A stretch of DNA of 64,000 bases from IMG/VR virus record IMGVR_UViG_3300037851_000620, positions 11,747 through 75,746 of that record; one strand, written 5' to 3'. The stretch comes from a virus (Duplodnaviria > Caudoviricetes). Shown one piece after another: positions 1 through 10,179 of this stretch. Position 1 is the stretch's first letter; every line of letters begins with the position of its first letter. The position numbers and the translations under genes were made by a program. The notes beneath the pieces were generated by a model. That model was not told the origin of the DNA. It searched no databases and saw nothing but the letters and a program-made list of their open reading frames with translations.

Positions 1-1
1 T

Positions 2-778
2 GCTGAATTGTTTCAAGAACGTGTGTGTTATATGATACACGAATTGGAAAGCATGTTATCGGAAGATGAGCCAGCTGTGTTTGCTGGTCATTTTTCTGTT
101 AGTGAAGCAATGTTTGGTTCAGAACAATCTATGACAATCGGCACATCTGCTGATATTCCTATCAAGGAGCTGATTAGCGATAAATGGAGTTACGTTGCTC
201 TTGGTCATCTTCATCATCATCAAAGTCTGAGTGCTGCAGGAGAAGTTCCGGTTGTGTATGCTGGAAGCCTTGACCGTGTTGATTTTTCTGAGGAGAACGA
301 CGATAAGGGATTTATCGATGTTTCTATTTATGATGAAGACGGTATATATCCTGCAGAATGGGAATTTGTTTCTGTCGATCCTCGTCCTTTCAAGACAATA
401 CGTGTAGAGGCAACTACATCTCAAAATATTACAAAGAAAGTTCTTGTTATTATTTCCAAACGAGATTTGAAGGATCATGTTGTTAGAGTTATCGTATCTG
501 CTACAGAAGATAATGCCGACACTTATGTTGCAAATGTTATAGAAGAAGCACTGAAATCGGCAGGAGTGTACCTTGTACACGGGATGCGTTTAGATATAAA
601 AAGAGAGCAGCGTAATCGTTTAGAATTAGAAGAAGGTGAAGACATAGCAACATATTCGCATTTAGAGTTACTTGACATATATTTCCAAACACGCGATTTA
701 GAAGATGATAAGATAAATAAGTTGTTAGATCTTGCAAAAAGTGTTATGGAGGACGTGAATGACAGCAAAAAGTTTTAG
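2..778 (+). CDS. Mre11/SbcD-like metallophosphoesterase nuclease, 5'-truncated by the window edge
   Basis: Motifs FAGHF, YVALGHLH, YAGSLDRVDFSEE..KGF; frame open from the window start. Confidence 0.85.
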   Translation, partial: AELFQERVCYMIHELESMLSEDEPAVFAGHFSVSEAMFGSEQSMTIGTSADIPIKELISDKWSYVALGHLHHHQSLSAAGEVPVVYAGSLDRVDFSEENDDKGFIDVSIYDEDGIYPAEWEFVSVDPRPFKTIRVEATTSQNITKKVLVIISKRDLKDHVVRVIVSATEDNADTYVANVIEEALKSAGVYLVHGMRLDIKREQRNRLELEEGEDIATYSHLELLDIYFQTRDLEDDKINKLLDLAKSVMEDVNDSKKF

Positions 779-1814
779 CATTGCCAGAAATATGGTTGCA
801 GCAATGCGTAAGAAAGAGATGGAAGTATCTTTATTGAGTGACGATACTTCTCCGTGTACTGTGTCGTCGTTTGTATCCACTGGTTGTGTTGCGCTTGACG
901 TTATAATGGGTGGTGGATTACCAGTCGGTAGAATGACTGAAATGTTTGGCGATCCTTCATCTGGAAAATCTCTTATTGCGGCTCAAATGGCTGCTGTTAC
1001 ACAAGAAGATGGTGGAATTGTTGCGTATGCGGATACCGAAACTGCTGTTAGCAAAGCAATGATGCATAAGGTTGGCGTCAATGTTGATGAACTGATCTAT
1101 GCCAGTCCAGACACGGTTGATGAAGTATTCAAGTTCTTTGATTATGCTTTGGAATTGAAGATGAAAATGGCTCCTGAAGCATTTTTGTTGATGATCTGGG
1201 ACAGTGTGGCTGCAACTTCATCATCTGCAGAAATGGATAAGGATTATGGCGATGTTGGATATCTTACACATGCTCGTGTAATATCACAAGCATTGCGTAA
1301 AATTACACGTAAGATTTCCAAAGAAAAGACTGGGATGTTGTTCCTCAATCAAACACGCGATAAATTAGGTGTAATGTTTGGCGAAAAGACAGCGACGTTT
1401 GGAGGCAAAGCAATTTCATTTCATGCATCTGTTCGTGTGCAATTGTCTCTTGCTAATAAATTAAAGGTTATAGATGGAAAACGAAAACGTATTGTTGGAA
1501 TGAATACTCGTGCTGTTGTCGTAAAGAATAAAGTTGCCGCTCCATTCAAGGAAACAATATTGCCAATATATTTTGGCGATGGTATTGACGATCCATTGGC
1601 ATCATATCTTTGGCTGAAAGATAATGGCTTCATAACGACGAGCGGCAGTTCTCAAACATTAGAGTTGCCTGAGTATGAACCAATAAAGTTTTCCAAAAAT
1701 GCTTGGAATGGTATTTACGATAGCAGTTTCGATGCTATTGCGGAAACTATGATGGCAACAATTGAAGACGATTTTGCATCTAATGAGGTAGAGGAAGATG
1801 CTCCTGATAATTGA
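759..1814 (+). CDS. recA: RecA/UvsX-family recombinase
   Basis: STGCVALDVIMGGGLPVGRMTE, Walker A GDPSSGKS, IWDSVAA, NQTR, GGKAISFHASVR, KNKVAAPF. Confidence 0.95.
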   Translation: MTAKSFSIARNMVAAMRKKEMEVSLLSDDTSPCTVSSFVSTGCVALDVIMGGGLPVGRMTEMFGDPSSGKSLIAAQMAAVTQEDGGIVAYADTETAVSKAMMHKVGVNVDELIYASPDTVDEVFKFFDYALELKMKMAPEAFLLMIWDSVAATSSSAEMDKDYGDVGYLTHARVISQALRKITRKISKEKTGMLFLNQTRDKLGVMFGEKTATFGGKAISFHASVRVQLSLANKLKVIDGKRKRIVGMNTRAVVVKNKVAAPFKETILPIYFGDGIDDPLASYLWLKDNGFITTSGSSQTLELPEYEPIKFSKNAWNGIYDSSFDAIAETMMATIEDDFASNEVEEDAPDN

Positions 1815-2760
1815 TGGAAATAATCTTGCACATCGTTGTAAGCATACGTTTTCATTGTCTAATCATGGTGTTGATGTATCTGTGACTTACGGATTTTTAC
1901 GTGTGCTTGGAACAATGCTTCAAAAATTTTCACCATCTTCTGTTATTGTGTGCTGGGATGGAGGAGTTCCAGAATACAGGAAAAGAGCAGTTCCTGAATA
2001 CAAAGCAAATCGTCATATTGGCGATGATCCAGACGAGTATGTCGATTTTATGAGGCAAATGAAAGAGTTGGAAAACATAGCGTTGCCTCTGATGGGTGTT
2101 GTGTCTGTTTGGAAATATGGTGCAGAGGCAGACGACTTGATGTATCATGCATCGCGTATTGTAAAAGACAAATCAATTATTGTCACAACAGATAAAGATT
2201 TGTTACAAGCAGTTACATCAAATGTTTCTGTGTACAATCCTGTAAGAGACGTGATTTATACACCTGATTTGATAGAAGAAACATTTGGTGTGCCTGTTGA
2301 TAAGTTTGTCGATTGGCGTGCTTTACAAGGAGATTCAAGCGACAACATTCCAGGTGTGTATGGTGTTGGCGAAAAGACTGCTACTAAACTTTTCCAAGAA
2401 TATGGGAATCTGACATGTATTATGAATGTGGCACTTGGTCTTCATTCTAAACTCGTGATGAAAGGCAAGATAGCAGCCAATATAGCTGAATTTGGATTTC
2501 AAAGATTAGAAGGAAATCTTCTGATAACAAATTTGCGTGCTGATAGAGTAGGAGCACGCAATGCTATCATTGAAGCAGTTGGTAATCGTGCACCTGTAAA
2601 TACTACAGGGTTGAAGAAGTATTTACACAGTAATGGATTTATATCTTTGGTAGACGGCAAGTTGTTCAGTAATCTTTTGAAATTGAAAACTCCAATGATG
2701 CGAACAAATTTGCTTATGCCTGTGATTATTTCCAAACAGAGGATTCCATATGAAGATTGA
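1798..2760 (+). CDS. 5'-3' exonuclease / flap endonuclease (Pol I N-terminal type)
   Basis: IIDGNNLAHR, YKANR, EADD, TTDKDLLQ, GDSSDNIPGVYGVGEKTA. Confidence 0.92.
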   Translation: MLLIIDGNNLAHRCKHTFSLSNHGVDVSVTYGFLRVLGTMLQKFSPSSVIVCWDGGVPEYRKRAVPEYKANRHIGDDPDEYVDFMRQMKELENIALPLMGVVSVWKYGAEADDLMYHASRIVKDKSIIVTTDKDLLQAVTSNVSVYNPVRDVIYTPDLIEETFGVPVDKFVDWRALQGDSSDNIPGVYGVGEKTATKLFQEYGNLTCIMNVALGLHSKLVMKGKIAANIAEFGFQRLEGNLLITNLRADRVGARNAIIEAVGNRAPVNTTGLKKYLHSNGFISLVDGKLFSNLLKLKTPMMRTNLLMPVIISKQRIPYED

Positions 2761-3247
2761 CGTGTATATTGGGATAGATCCTGGTAAATCTGGTGGAATT
2801 GCAGTTGTTCATGTGCACGATTGTGAAACGTATATCGAAGCGATAGCAACACCATTAGCAGGTAAGACTTTGGATATCGCAAGAATATACGAATTTCTGT
2901 ATAATCATACTGAGGAATTGAACGCAATCGCTGTTGTTGAGAAAGTGCACGCAATGCCAGGGCAGGGTGTGTCTTCAATGTTTTCGTTTGGATATACAGT
3001 TGGTGTAATTCATGGTGTTATAACATCTTTGGGAGTGCCATTATATCTTATTGCTCCTCAAACATGGAAGAAAAGTATCCTTGCCGATACAAAGAAAGAT
3101 AAGGACGCTGCAATTGAATTTTGTCGCAGAGTTTATCCAAGCGTAGAATTATTGGCAACTCCAAGATCTAAGAAACCACATTCCGGCATCGCAGATGCAT
3201 TATGTTTGGCACACTACGGATATGAAAGGTTCAAAGATGTGGAATGA
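2750..3247 (+). CDS. RuvC-like Holliday junction resolvase
   Basis: IGIDPGKSGGIA, VVEKVHAMPGQGVSSMFSFG, PQTWKK, ADALCLA. Confidence 0.85.
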   Translation: MKIDVYIGIDPGKSGGIAVVHVHDCETYIEAIATPLAGKTLDIARIYEFLYNHTEELNAIAVVEKVHAMPGQGVSSMFSFGYTVGVIHGVITSLGVPLYLIAPQTWKKSILADTKKDKDAAIEFCRRVYPSVELLATPRSKKPHSGIADALCLAHYGYERFKDVE

Positions 3248-3939
3248 TATTCGACAATGAATATGTTACAGACCTTGTTGTTCAATGGAACAAGTCACGA
3301 GATCAGAAGATCCTTGATCTTGTCATTGAACACTCGATGAGCTTGGTTGAAGTCATTGTTAGCATTTACGATCCTATATATCGTGAAGATTTGATACAAG
3401 AGGCGTGTTTGCGTGTGCAATATGCGCTTCCATTCTTTGATCAAAGTATTTCCAATCTTTATAATTATCTAACAACTGTCATAAGAAATATTTGTATAAC
3501 ATATCTTAGACAGCAATACAGGTATTCTGAAGAATATGACATAGATCTTCATGTAATCGAGGCTCCTTCAAATCAGGAGCCTGATGACATATTGTCTGAA
3601 TTGATAGAGCGCAATAGGAAAAGATTTCCATCCTTTCCATCCGATACAATAGATCTTGCTTCTGAGTATATTTTTGAAGCATTGCTCAATAATAGTGGTA
3701 AGAGACAACTCATAGATGATTTATGTAAGATAGTTGGTTGTGAAAAGGCTGAAGCAAATTCTTTATATATTTCCACTATTATCTTTTTGCGTTATCACTA
3801 TCGCAATTTCTTTGATAGAAGGACATCAGAATACGACGAAGAATATTCTATAAAGCCAGATATTGCAGAAATATTTGGCGTGCATGTTGCGGAAACATTA
3901 TGCACGATCTTGGCTGGTATGCAAATAAAGTTTCCATAG
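3244..3939 (+). CDS. Phage sigma-70-like factor (region 2 recognisable)
   Basis: REDLIQEACL...LYNYLTTVIRN resembles sigma region 2; C-terminal half divergent. Confidence 0.65.
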   Translation: MIFDNEYVTDLVVQWNKSRDQKILDLVIEHSMSLVEVIVSIYDPIYREDLIQEACLRVQYALPFFDQSISNLYNYLTTVIRNICITYLRQQYRYSEEYDIDLHVIEAPSNQEPDDILSELIERNRKRFPSFPSDTIDLASEYIFEALLNNSGKRQLIDDLCKIVGCEKAEANSLYISTIIFLRYHYRNFFDRRTSEYDEEYSIKPDIAEIFGVHVAETLCTILAGMQIKFP

Positions 3940-3949
3940 CGTATATATT

Positions 3950-4258
3950 ATGGAGGCTGTTATGGATATTGCTATGATTTTAGCATTGACAAACTTGATA
4001 CTTGCACTGATTTTAGCTGTGTCGCAATTTAAGGTATCTCGTTTGTTGAAGAAAGGCTCGTGTTTTCGTTGGATAAAAATTGTTAGTGGGGTTGTTGGTA
4101 TATACTGGGCTGCTGTTTATGTGTATGTGCTGTTTACCGATCCTGCGACCGCTCCAATCGATTCTGTATTATTTGGTAAAATATTTATTCGCCCTGCAAT
4201 TACTGTCACGCTTGCTGTGATGAGTGCGGGAGCACTTCTTAGGTCGAAATGCGACTGA
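3950..4258 (+). CDS. Membrane protein, about 3 TM helices (possible lysis protein)
   Basis: Three hydrophobic stretches; RBS GGAGG close to start region. Confidence 0.6.
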   Translation: MEAVMDIAMILALTNLILALILAVSQFKVSRLLKKGSCFRWIKIVSGVVGIYWAAVYVYVLFTDPATAPIDSVLFGKIFIRPAITVTLAVMSAGALLRSKCD

Positions 4259-4632
4259 GGGGGATTATGCCTGACTTCACAGTAGATTTGGCTGGAATTG
4301 CTGCGCTTGTTATTGCTGCACTGTCATTGTATAAATCTTTCAAGATGACTCCTCACGAAGAAGTTGTTTCTGATGCAGATGCTGTTACAAAGTTTGCTAC
4401 TGCAGCCGGAATGTCGGCTGATCAAGTTATTGTAGCATTGAAACAGGTGGAAGATACAAACAAAACAATGGGAATCATGCGAACAGAACTAGATTCATTG
4501 CGGAATGAGGTCAAAAAGCGAGACGAACTCCTCGATGAGTGGCAGATGGGAATAGAATCTTTAATACGGCAGCTTAAAGAGCACAACATTGAGCCTGTTT
4601 GGAAGCCAAAACCTATTTCCAGACAAGTTTAG
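4249..4632 (+). CDS. N-terminal TM + coiled-coil protein (holin-like); start may be 4267
   Basis: LAGIAALVIAALSLY followed by heptad-rich region. Confidence 0.55.
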   Translation: MRLRGIMPDFTVDLAGIAALVIAALSLYKSFKMTPHEEVVSDADAVTKFATAAGMSADQVIVALKQVEDTNKTMGIMRTELDSLRNEVKKRDELLDEWQMGIESLIRQLKEHNIEPVWKPKPISRQV

Positions 4633-4633
4633 T
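4624..4633 (+). promoter_or_regulatory. CAAGTTTAGT repeated motif (candidate phage promoter element)
   Basis: Exact 10-mer at gene end/intergenic boundary, ~50 nt upstream of the TerS candidate; same motif at 16764, 21720, 34790, 53441. Confidence 0.6.
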
Positions 4634-4684
4634 TTAATGAGAAAATTGTAAAGAATAAAAAGAAGAAATTGTGATAGAGGTATT

Positions 4685-5362
4685 ATGTCAGTTGAAGAGA
4701 AACAAGCAAAGATAGTTGAAATACGACGAGGTACAATTGGAGGAGATACGTATCTCGTACGATTGCCAAACAACGGTAAAGAACCAAAGGCTATATGTTA
4801 TCGTAAGATGAAAAATCAGCCAACCATGCGTTGTACTCATGAGGCAGGTTACAGAACAAGCCATCTTGGAACAGGTGCCTGCAGATTTCATGGTGGGGCA
4901 GACAAGACTCCGACAATTTCAACTGGTATCAATGCCAAACAAACTCGTTTGCGTTTGCGGGATTCAATAGAAAATTATCTGAATTTGTCGCGTGACGATT
5001 TGCTTGATTTGACTGAGCATCTTGCCGCGACACGTGCTATCTTTGATGAGTTCCTGGAGAAATTTCCAAATCCTGATGACGAAAATTATGGGTTATGGTT
5101 TGGTCGCTTCAATGCGCTGATCATGACTCTTGGAAATCTCGTTGATAAGATATCCAGGATAGATTCTCGAAACACTCTTACAGCGGCACAAGTGCTGTAT
5201 TTGCGTGCTACAATGGTTGATATCCTTATGAAATATATTCCCGATCCTGATGTACGCGAGCGTGTTGTGAAAGAAATTGCCGTGCGTATGGGAGGAGATA
5301 TGGAATTGACTATGCGACCGTCTGAAGTATCGATGAAAAGCATTGTGGAAATTGAGCAATGA
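4685..5362 (+). CDS. Terminase small subunit candidate (HGGxSTG-type)
   Basis: RCTHEAG...GACRFHGGADKTPTISTG motif; lies upstream of TerL. Confidence 0.6.
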   Translation: MSVEEKQAKIVEIRRGTIGGDTYLVRLPNNGKEPKAICYRKMKNQPTMRCTHEAGYRTSHLGTGACRFHGGADKTPTISTGINAKQTRLRLRDSIENYLNLSRDDLLDLTEHLAATRAIFDEFLEKFPNPDDENYGLWFGRFNALIMTLGNLVDKISRIDSRNTLTAAQVLYLRATMVDILMKYIPDPDVRERVVKEIAVRMGGDMELTMRPSEVSMKSIVEIEQ

Positions 5363-6243
5363 AACTAATAATCGTAAGAAAAGGTGGTTCTGGTTCAGGA
5401 CATTTTGACCATGCAGGAAGACCTGGTGAACAAGGAGGGAGTTTACCTGGTACTGGTGGTGGGGATTCTGTAAAGGCTCTATACAAGCCTGGTCAGAAAG
5501 TGAATACAGAAAACATGATTCTTGATGTAATAAGAAACATTAAGAATTATCCAGATATGTATAACCTATTAATCGGTTTGGAAGCAGACGGTGGATTACC
5601 AGCAGGGGAAAATTTAGAGTTTATTGTGAAAGGTATGGTTGGTGCTGATGCCGTTCTCGAAGAAATGGATCCAGAATCTGCAATTGGTGAGCATGAAATA
5701 CGAAATAAGAAAATTTACGATGCTATACGCAAAGAAATAGATATATTGGCAGAAGAAGGAAGACATGCAGTTGATGAAGATGGTTGGGATGATCCTAATA
5801 ATGATGGAAAGTCAAGAGAAAGAAAAGCGTGGGAACGTAAATATTACGGCAAAGAGGTTGGTGGGCATAAGGCTGCTGAGCATGACGGTGTTAAGAGGAT
5901 TACATCTTATGTAAATGCGCTCATCGATGGTGCAGAAGCTGTTCCTCCAAAAAAGATGAGCAATAACGATATGTCATCAGATGAGAATTCACTCAAGCAA
6001 TCGCGTGATAGACTATTTAATCATTTCCAAATTGGAAGTTCTGTAAAATATGAAGGTCGCGAAGGTTGGAATGTTGTGGCTCATCTTCCATTTTATGCAG
6101 GAGACAAGCCAGCTGTAATTTTGCACGACAATGACAGTGGTGTTCGTCTCGTTGTATCTTCGAATGGTATTCAAAAAAGAATTCCAAAAGATGAGTCATT
6201 TGAATATTGGGATGTTGATAAGAAAAGGATGGTAAGACTATGA
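5359..6243 (+). CDS. Leader-peptide family protein 1 (orphan C-terminal domain)
   Basis: MKLIIVRK-GGSGSGHFDHAGRPGEQGGSLPG; ATGA-coupled at both ends. Confidence 0.8.
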   Translation: MKLIIVRKGGSGSGHFDHAGRPGEQGGSLPGTGGGDSVKALYKPGQKVNTENMILDVIRNIKNYPDMYNLLIGLEADGGLPAGENLEFIVKGMVGADAVLEEMDPESAIGEHEIRNKKIYDAIRKEIDILAEEGRHAVDEDGWDDPNNDGKSRERKAWERKYYGKEVGGHKAAEHDGVKRITSYVNALIDGAEAVPPKKMSNNDMSSDENSLKQSRDRLFNHFQIGSSVKYEGREGWNVVAHLPFYAGDKPAVILHDNDSGVRLVVSSNGIQKRIPKDESFEYWDVDKKRMVRL

Positions 6244-7418
6244 CTGAACCAATCCGAAATCCTGCTGCATTTACCTATCCCGAGCCATCGTTTATTTCAA
6301 AGCTGTTTGCAAAGGTCGGGATTCAGGCTGCTGAAGCAGTCTATAAACAGCTTATCGACGAGTCTCATTGGCAATATGAAAACGGAAAAGAAGTTGATCA
6401 TGCTGCGGCAAGAGAGGGTGGATTTCCTGGCACTATTATTCGTGCTACGATAGGTATGGAAGTAGACACAGCTTGGAAGGCTGGCAACTGGAAGCGTGCG
6501 CTTGACGATGGAATGATGGTTCAGACCTATCACTTTCATATTGGAAATATGTCAGGTTCTAATCAGGCAGACTTTCACCTGAACGCAACCAAAGAGTTTG
6601 CTGACGAGGTTGAAAAGTATGGAGCCATCGTGGTTTCTTACGGAGATTATGAAGCCGATGGCACAACCACACCAGTGACTACTCGCAAGCAAAATATGCT
6701 TGCTTTTCAGACTTATCTTCATAATAACAATCGCGAAAACGGTATTTATTCATCTGTAAAGTATTATCTCGAGCTTCTTGGAAATATTGCTCCTCCTCCC
6801 TGGTGTTGGTTATGGGGTGCTCATTGGACAGCTGGCACGCCTGTATTTCCAAGCGTGTGGAATAAAGCTAAAATCGTTGCTTGGCAGTACGCTGTTTGGG
6901 ATAATTTCTCGTTTGCGAAGCCTGTGCCTGGGAATGTTCCTGACATTGACGTCAATAAGTGGATCTATGCGCTGACAATGAAGGACTTCCTCAACTGGGG
7001 CACGACTTCTCCTCCTCCTGTTGATTGCTGTGACAAATTGGATGCAAAGATAAATGATTTGGCTTCAAGTGTTGGAAATCAGTTTGCAGAGATAAATCGA
7101 GTACTTTCAGAATTGAAAAGTGCTATCGGTTTGCATGTGCCTGTTACGACTGTGAATGTTTCGAAAGATTCGGTACTGCGTTGGGACAGGACATATAATG
7201 GTGTTTATAAGCCAAAATATGATTTTTATCCAACAGGGAGTGTGGATGATGTTGGAAAACGCATTCATGTGATTGGAAAATTGATGATATTTCCAATACC
7301 ATTGATTGGCGATGGTGGTCAGGTTTGCTATATGGTTGTAGAGCCAAAATATTACATTGGAATTCCGGCTGGAATAACATTGTTTATTCGAAAAGAAGAT
7401 ATAGTTTTCCCAACCTAA
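6240..7418 (+). CDS. GH25 muramidase endolysin
   Basis: IDESHWQ, YHF, DYE, GIYS, LWGAHW, AWQY, DIDVN match the GH25 TIM-barrel pattern; C-terminal probable cell-wall-binding region. Confidence 0.82.
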   Translation: MTEPIRNPAAFTYPEPSFISKLFAKVGIQAAEAVYKQLIDESHWQYENGKEVDHAAAREGGFPGTIIRATIGMEVDTAWKAGNWKRALDDGMMVQTYHFHIGNMSGSNQADFHLNATKEFADEVEKYGAIVVSYGDYEADGTTTPVTTRKQNMLAFQTYLHNNNRENGIYSSVKYYLELLGNIAPPPWCWLWGAHWTAGTPVFPSVWNKAKIVAWQYAVWDNFSFAKPVPGNVPDIDVNKWIYALTMKDFLNWGTTSPPPVDCCDKLDAKINDLASSVGNQFAEINRVLSELKSAIGLHVPVTTVNVSKDSVLRWDRTYNGVYKPKYDFYPTGSVDDVGKRIHVIGKLMIFPIPLIGDGGQVCYMVVEPKYYIGIPAGITLFIRKEDIVFPT

Positions 7419-7459
7419 TAAAAAGTCCATCTGTGCGCTCCCAGGAGGATCTACAACGA

Positions 7460-8842
7460 ATGCAATCGGTAAAATTGACCAATATTACGTTAATATTCAA
7501 GGTTGGGACTGACGATTCTGGTCATTGGGGACACTATGGTCGTCCAGGACTTGTTGGAGGCAGTCGTGCACGTCGTGGTCATCGTAGATCGGCTCCACCA
7601 ATAGAGACATATGCTATAGAATCTCAATGGATTTACGGTGATTATGAAGTTGGAGAATTGGCTCGTACAGCAGACGAGCTTAGAAGGCAAATTAGACGCG
7701 ATCGTGGCGAATTGATGTATCGATATATCAATTATCGTGGATATTCTCGTGAAGAAGCACGAGAACAAATTGCACAAGAGTTAGCATATTCTACTGAGCA
7801 TTTGCAAGACGCTCGTCGCGAACTCGAACGTAGGATAAATGAGCTAATCTATAGAGGTGAAGTTCCAAACGATCTTTGGTATGTCGACGGTGCTCCAGAC
7901 AATTATAACCAACTTTCATCTTTTGGACAGCCAGAAGGTTATAGCAATGCAGCAAGTCAGATGCTAGGAGATAGAGCACAAGAACCAACTCCTCAAATAG
8001 AACCAACTGTTGTGGCTCCTGCATCAGAAGCAGTACGAGCAAATGTTCAAAACAAGATGGTTGCTTTTATGCAGGATTGGCAATCAATTCCTATTGAAAT
8101 ATCCAATGACATTGTGCATGTAAACACAGCAGATTTTACACAAGAGGAAATAAGTCAATTAGAGCAAAAATTTGGCTTCAATTTGCAAGATATAAAGAAG
8201 ATGGTGTATCTTCCAAACACAACTGCAAATGTATCTATCAGAATAGAATCCGATTCGATGATAGGCATACGTGCATATATTTATCAGGCTGGTGAGAATG
8301 ATACTAATGTTGCTTATTTAAATTACGAGCTGATGGCATCTGAAGGCAAGCCAAATACATTTTATGCAGGATATTTGAAGATAGGAGATAGATTTAGAGA
8401 CAAGGATTATGGCACAACTCTTGTAACTCGTCATGCAATGATGGCAAAAATGGCGGGATACAAGACTATGGAATTCAGTGCTGACATTACAATTGGTAAA
8501 TATGCGTGGGCGAAAGAGGGTGCTAATTTCAAAGACAATGAAGGTCAATTGTTCCGTGCTAGGATGTTGATGAAGACATATGCTAGTGCAAAATTCGATG
8601 CTATTTATAGACAACCTGGTGTACGAGAAGCATTTATGGCATCGTTAAATAATTTACATTCCGCATACGATATTGCTACATTCAAATATCCTGGCATGAC
8701 AACATACGGTAGATACATCAGAAACGATGATGTATCTAGAGATATGCCTTTAGAGTTTGGAAAAGCATTCTTGTTAGACGACGATTCTAACTTTGGCAGT
8801 TGGCATGCTGTTGTAGATTTGACTAAACTCGGAGGATTTTGA
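7460..8842 (+). CDS. Leader-peptide family protein 2 with C-terminal GNAT-like domain
   Basis: Start moved to ATG 7460 (GGAGG at 7444). ITLIFK-VGTDDSGHWGHYGRPGLVGGS leader; FYAGYLKIGDRFRDKDYGT and ITIGKYAWAKEG GNAT-like motifs. Confidence 0.7.
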   Translation: MQSVKLTNITLIFKVGTDDSGHWGHYGRPGLVGGSRARRGHRRSAPPIETYAIESQWIYGDYEVGELARTADELRRQIRRDRGELMYRYINYRGYSREEAREQIAQELAYSTEHLQDARRELERRINELIYRGEVPNDLWYVDGAPDNYNQLSSFGQPEGYSNAASQMLGDRAQEPTPQIEPTVVAPASEAVRANVQNKMVAFMQDWQSIPIEISNDIVHVNTADFTQEEISQLEQKFGFNLQDIKKMVYLPNTTANVSIRIESDSMIGIRAYIYQAGENDTNVAYLNYELMASEGKPNTFYAGYLKIGDRFRDKDYGTTLVTRHAMMAKMAGYKTMEFSADITIGKYAWAKEGANFKDNEGQLFRARMLMKTYASAKFDAIYRQPGVREAFMASLNNLHSAYDIATFKYPGMTTYGRYIRNDDVSRDMPLEFGKAFLLDDDSNFGSWHAVVDLTKLGGF

Positions 8843-10179
8843 TGCTAATTATTTCCAAGCCAGAAGATGTGAATGGTGAGTCTGACAAAGACTTTTGGAA
8901 ATCTGTTTTAGAAACTGATGAACCACTCGGAATCTTTGCTGTCGCTGGTGCTGCGGCAACACAATTACAGTCAGTTGAAAAGGGAGGCAAAGGTTCTGGT
9001 CACTTTGGGCACAGAGGCAGACCAGGACAGATTGGAGGTTCTGTTGGAGGCATTCCTACATCCCTTGGAGAAAGCACGAAAATATATTCATTAGATGAGA
9101 TAAAATCTGAAGACCAAGAAGCATTAGCAAAAGCAAGAGAATATTATGCTCAACAAACACTTGCTATTGGCGGGAATTTTATGAATCCTGTCAATATAGT
9201 TCAGTGGGACAGAGTGCCTGGTGGGTGGAATACTTATCATCCGAAAGCGATTCACAATTTCAAAGTATATTTGTCAAAGATTTCTGGTGTTTTGTATGGA
9301 AATATTTCTGATGAGCTTGCTGCACGTTATGGAAGAGGTCTGTTGACAACAGATGAGGCTGTTCTAGATGCAAAACGGCAAAGAAAGACTGCCAAATTGC
9401 GATTCAAAGGTGGTAAACTCGCTGAGGACAATGTAGTCCCGGAATTTATTCCGTTTGAGCCTGAGATTGTTACAAAGAAGGCTAAACTCCGCTTGAAGGG
9501 AGGTGCCGGCTCTGGTTTCCATAATCACGCTGGTCGTCCAGGCGAAATAGGAGGCTCAGCATCCAGAGGCACTGTAAAAGATACAAGCTATTATGAAGAA
9601 AGGGATGCAGTCGGCGAATATTGGAGCAGATTGAACAGTTTCTTGCAAGGTTGGGCTGTAGCTGATGAAAAGGACAGTAATGTTACAGCAATACAAGCAG
9701 CAGCTTCTAGAGCGTTTGGAGTGTCACAAGAAGAGAACTTTGTGTATGAAAGATTTATGGAAAGAGTGCGTGTAGATCCTGCACAGTTTGAACAAGCAAT
9801 CAAGAATTTATACGATTATACGCAATCAAAATTGGCAAAAGATTATCCTGAAGGTTATATTGAAGTTTACCGTGCGTTGCATAACGTATACGATTATGAA
9901 CAATTTCCAACATCTGGTGAAGTGGATTTGAATGATGACATATTATCATCTTGGTCTAGGACGCCAGAAGGAGCAAAACAAGCAATTGAATATTGGGGGA
10001 CAAAGCAAAGCTATCGCCTTGTGAAAACACGAATTCCTACAAAGGACATTCTCATGTATCCAGGTTCTACGTGGGCAATGCGTAGACAGGTCGGTGAAGA
10101 GGAATTTGTTACAATCAATCGTGCTCCTCGCAAAGCAGAAGTCATCGAATCTGCATTAGATAAGAGAGATAAATCATGA
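8839..10179 (+). CDS. Leader-peptide family polyprotein 3 (two leaders) with C-terminal ADP-ribosyltransferase-like domain
   Basis: Leaders at 8983 and 9499, degenerate copy at 9391; R-S-E pattern VYRA (9871), LSSWS (9946), GEEEFV (10096). Confidence 0.72.
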   Translation: MMLIISKPEDVNGESDKDFWKSVLETDEPLGIFAVAGAAATQLQSVEKGGKGSGHFGHRGRPGQIGGSVGGIPTSLGESTKIYSLDEIKSEDQEALAKAREYYAQQTLAIGGNFMNPVNIVQWDRVPGGWNTYHPKAIHNFKVYLSKISGVLYGNISDELAARYGRGLLTTDEAVLDAKRQRKTAKLRFKGGKLAEDNVVPEFIPFEPEIVTKKAKLRLKGGAGSGFHNHAGRPGEIGGSASRGTVKDTSYYEERDAVGEYWSRLNSFLQGWAVADEKDSNVTAIQAAASRAFGVSQEENFVYERFMERVRVDPAQFEQAIKNLYDYTQSKLAKDYPEGYIEVYRALHNVYDYEQFPTSGEVDLNDDILSSWSRTPEGAKQAIEYWGTKQSYRLVKTRIPTKDILMYPGSTWAMRRQVGEEEFVTINRAPRKAEVIESALDKRDKS

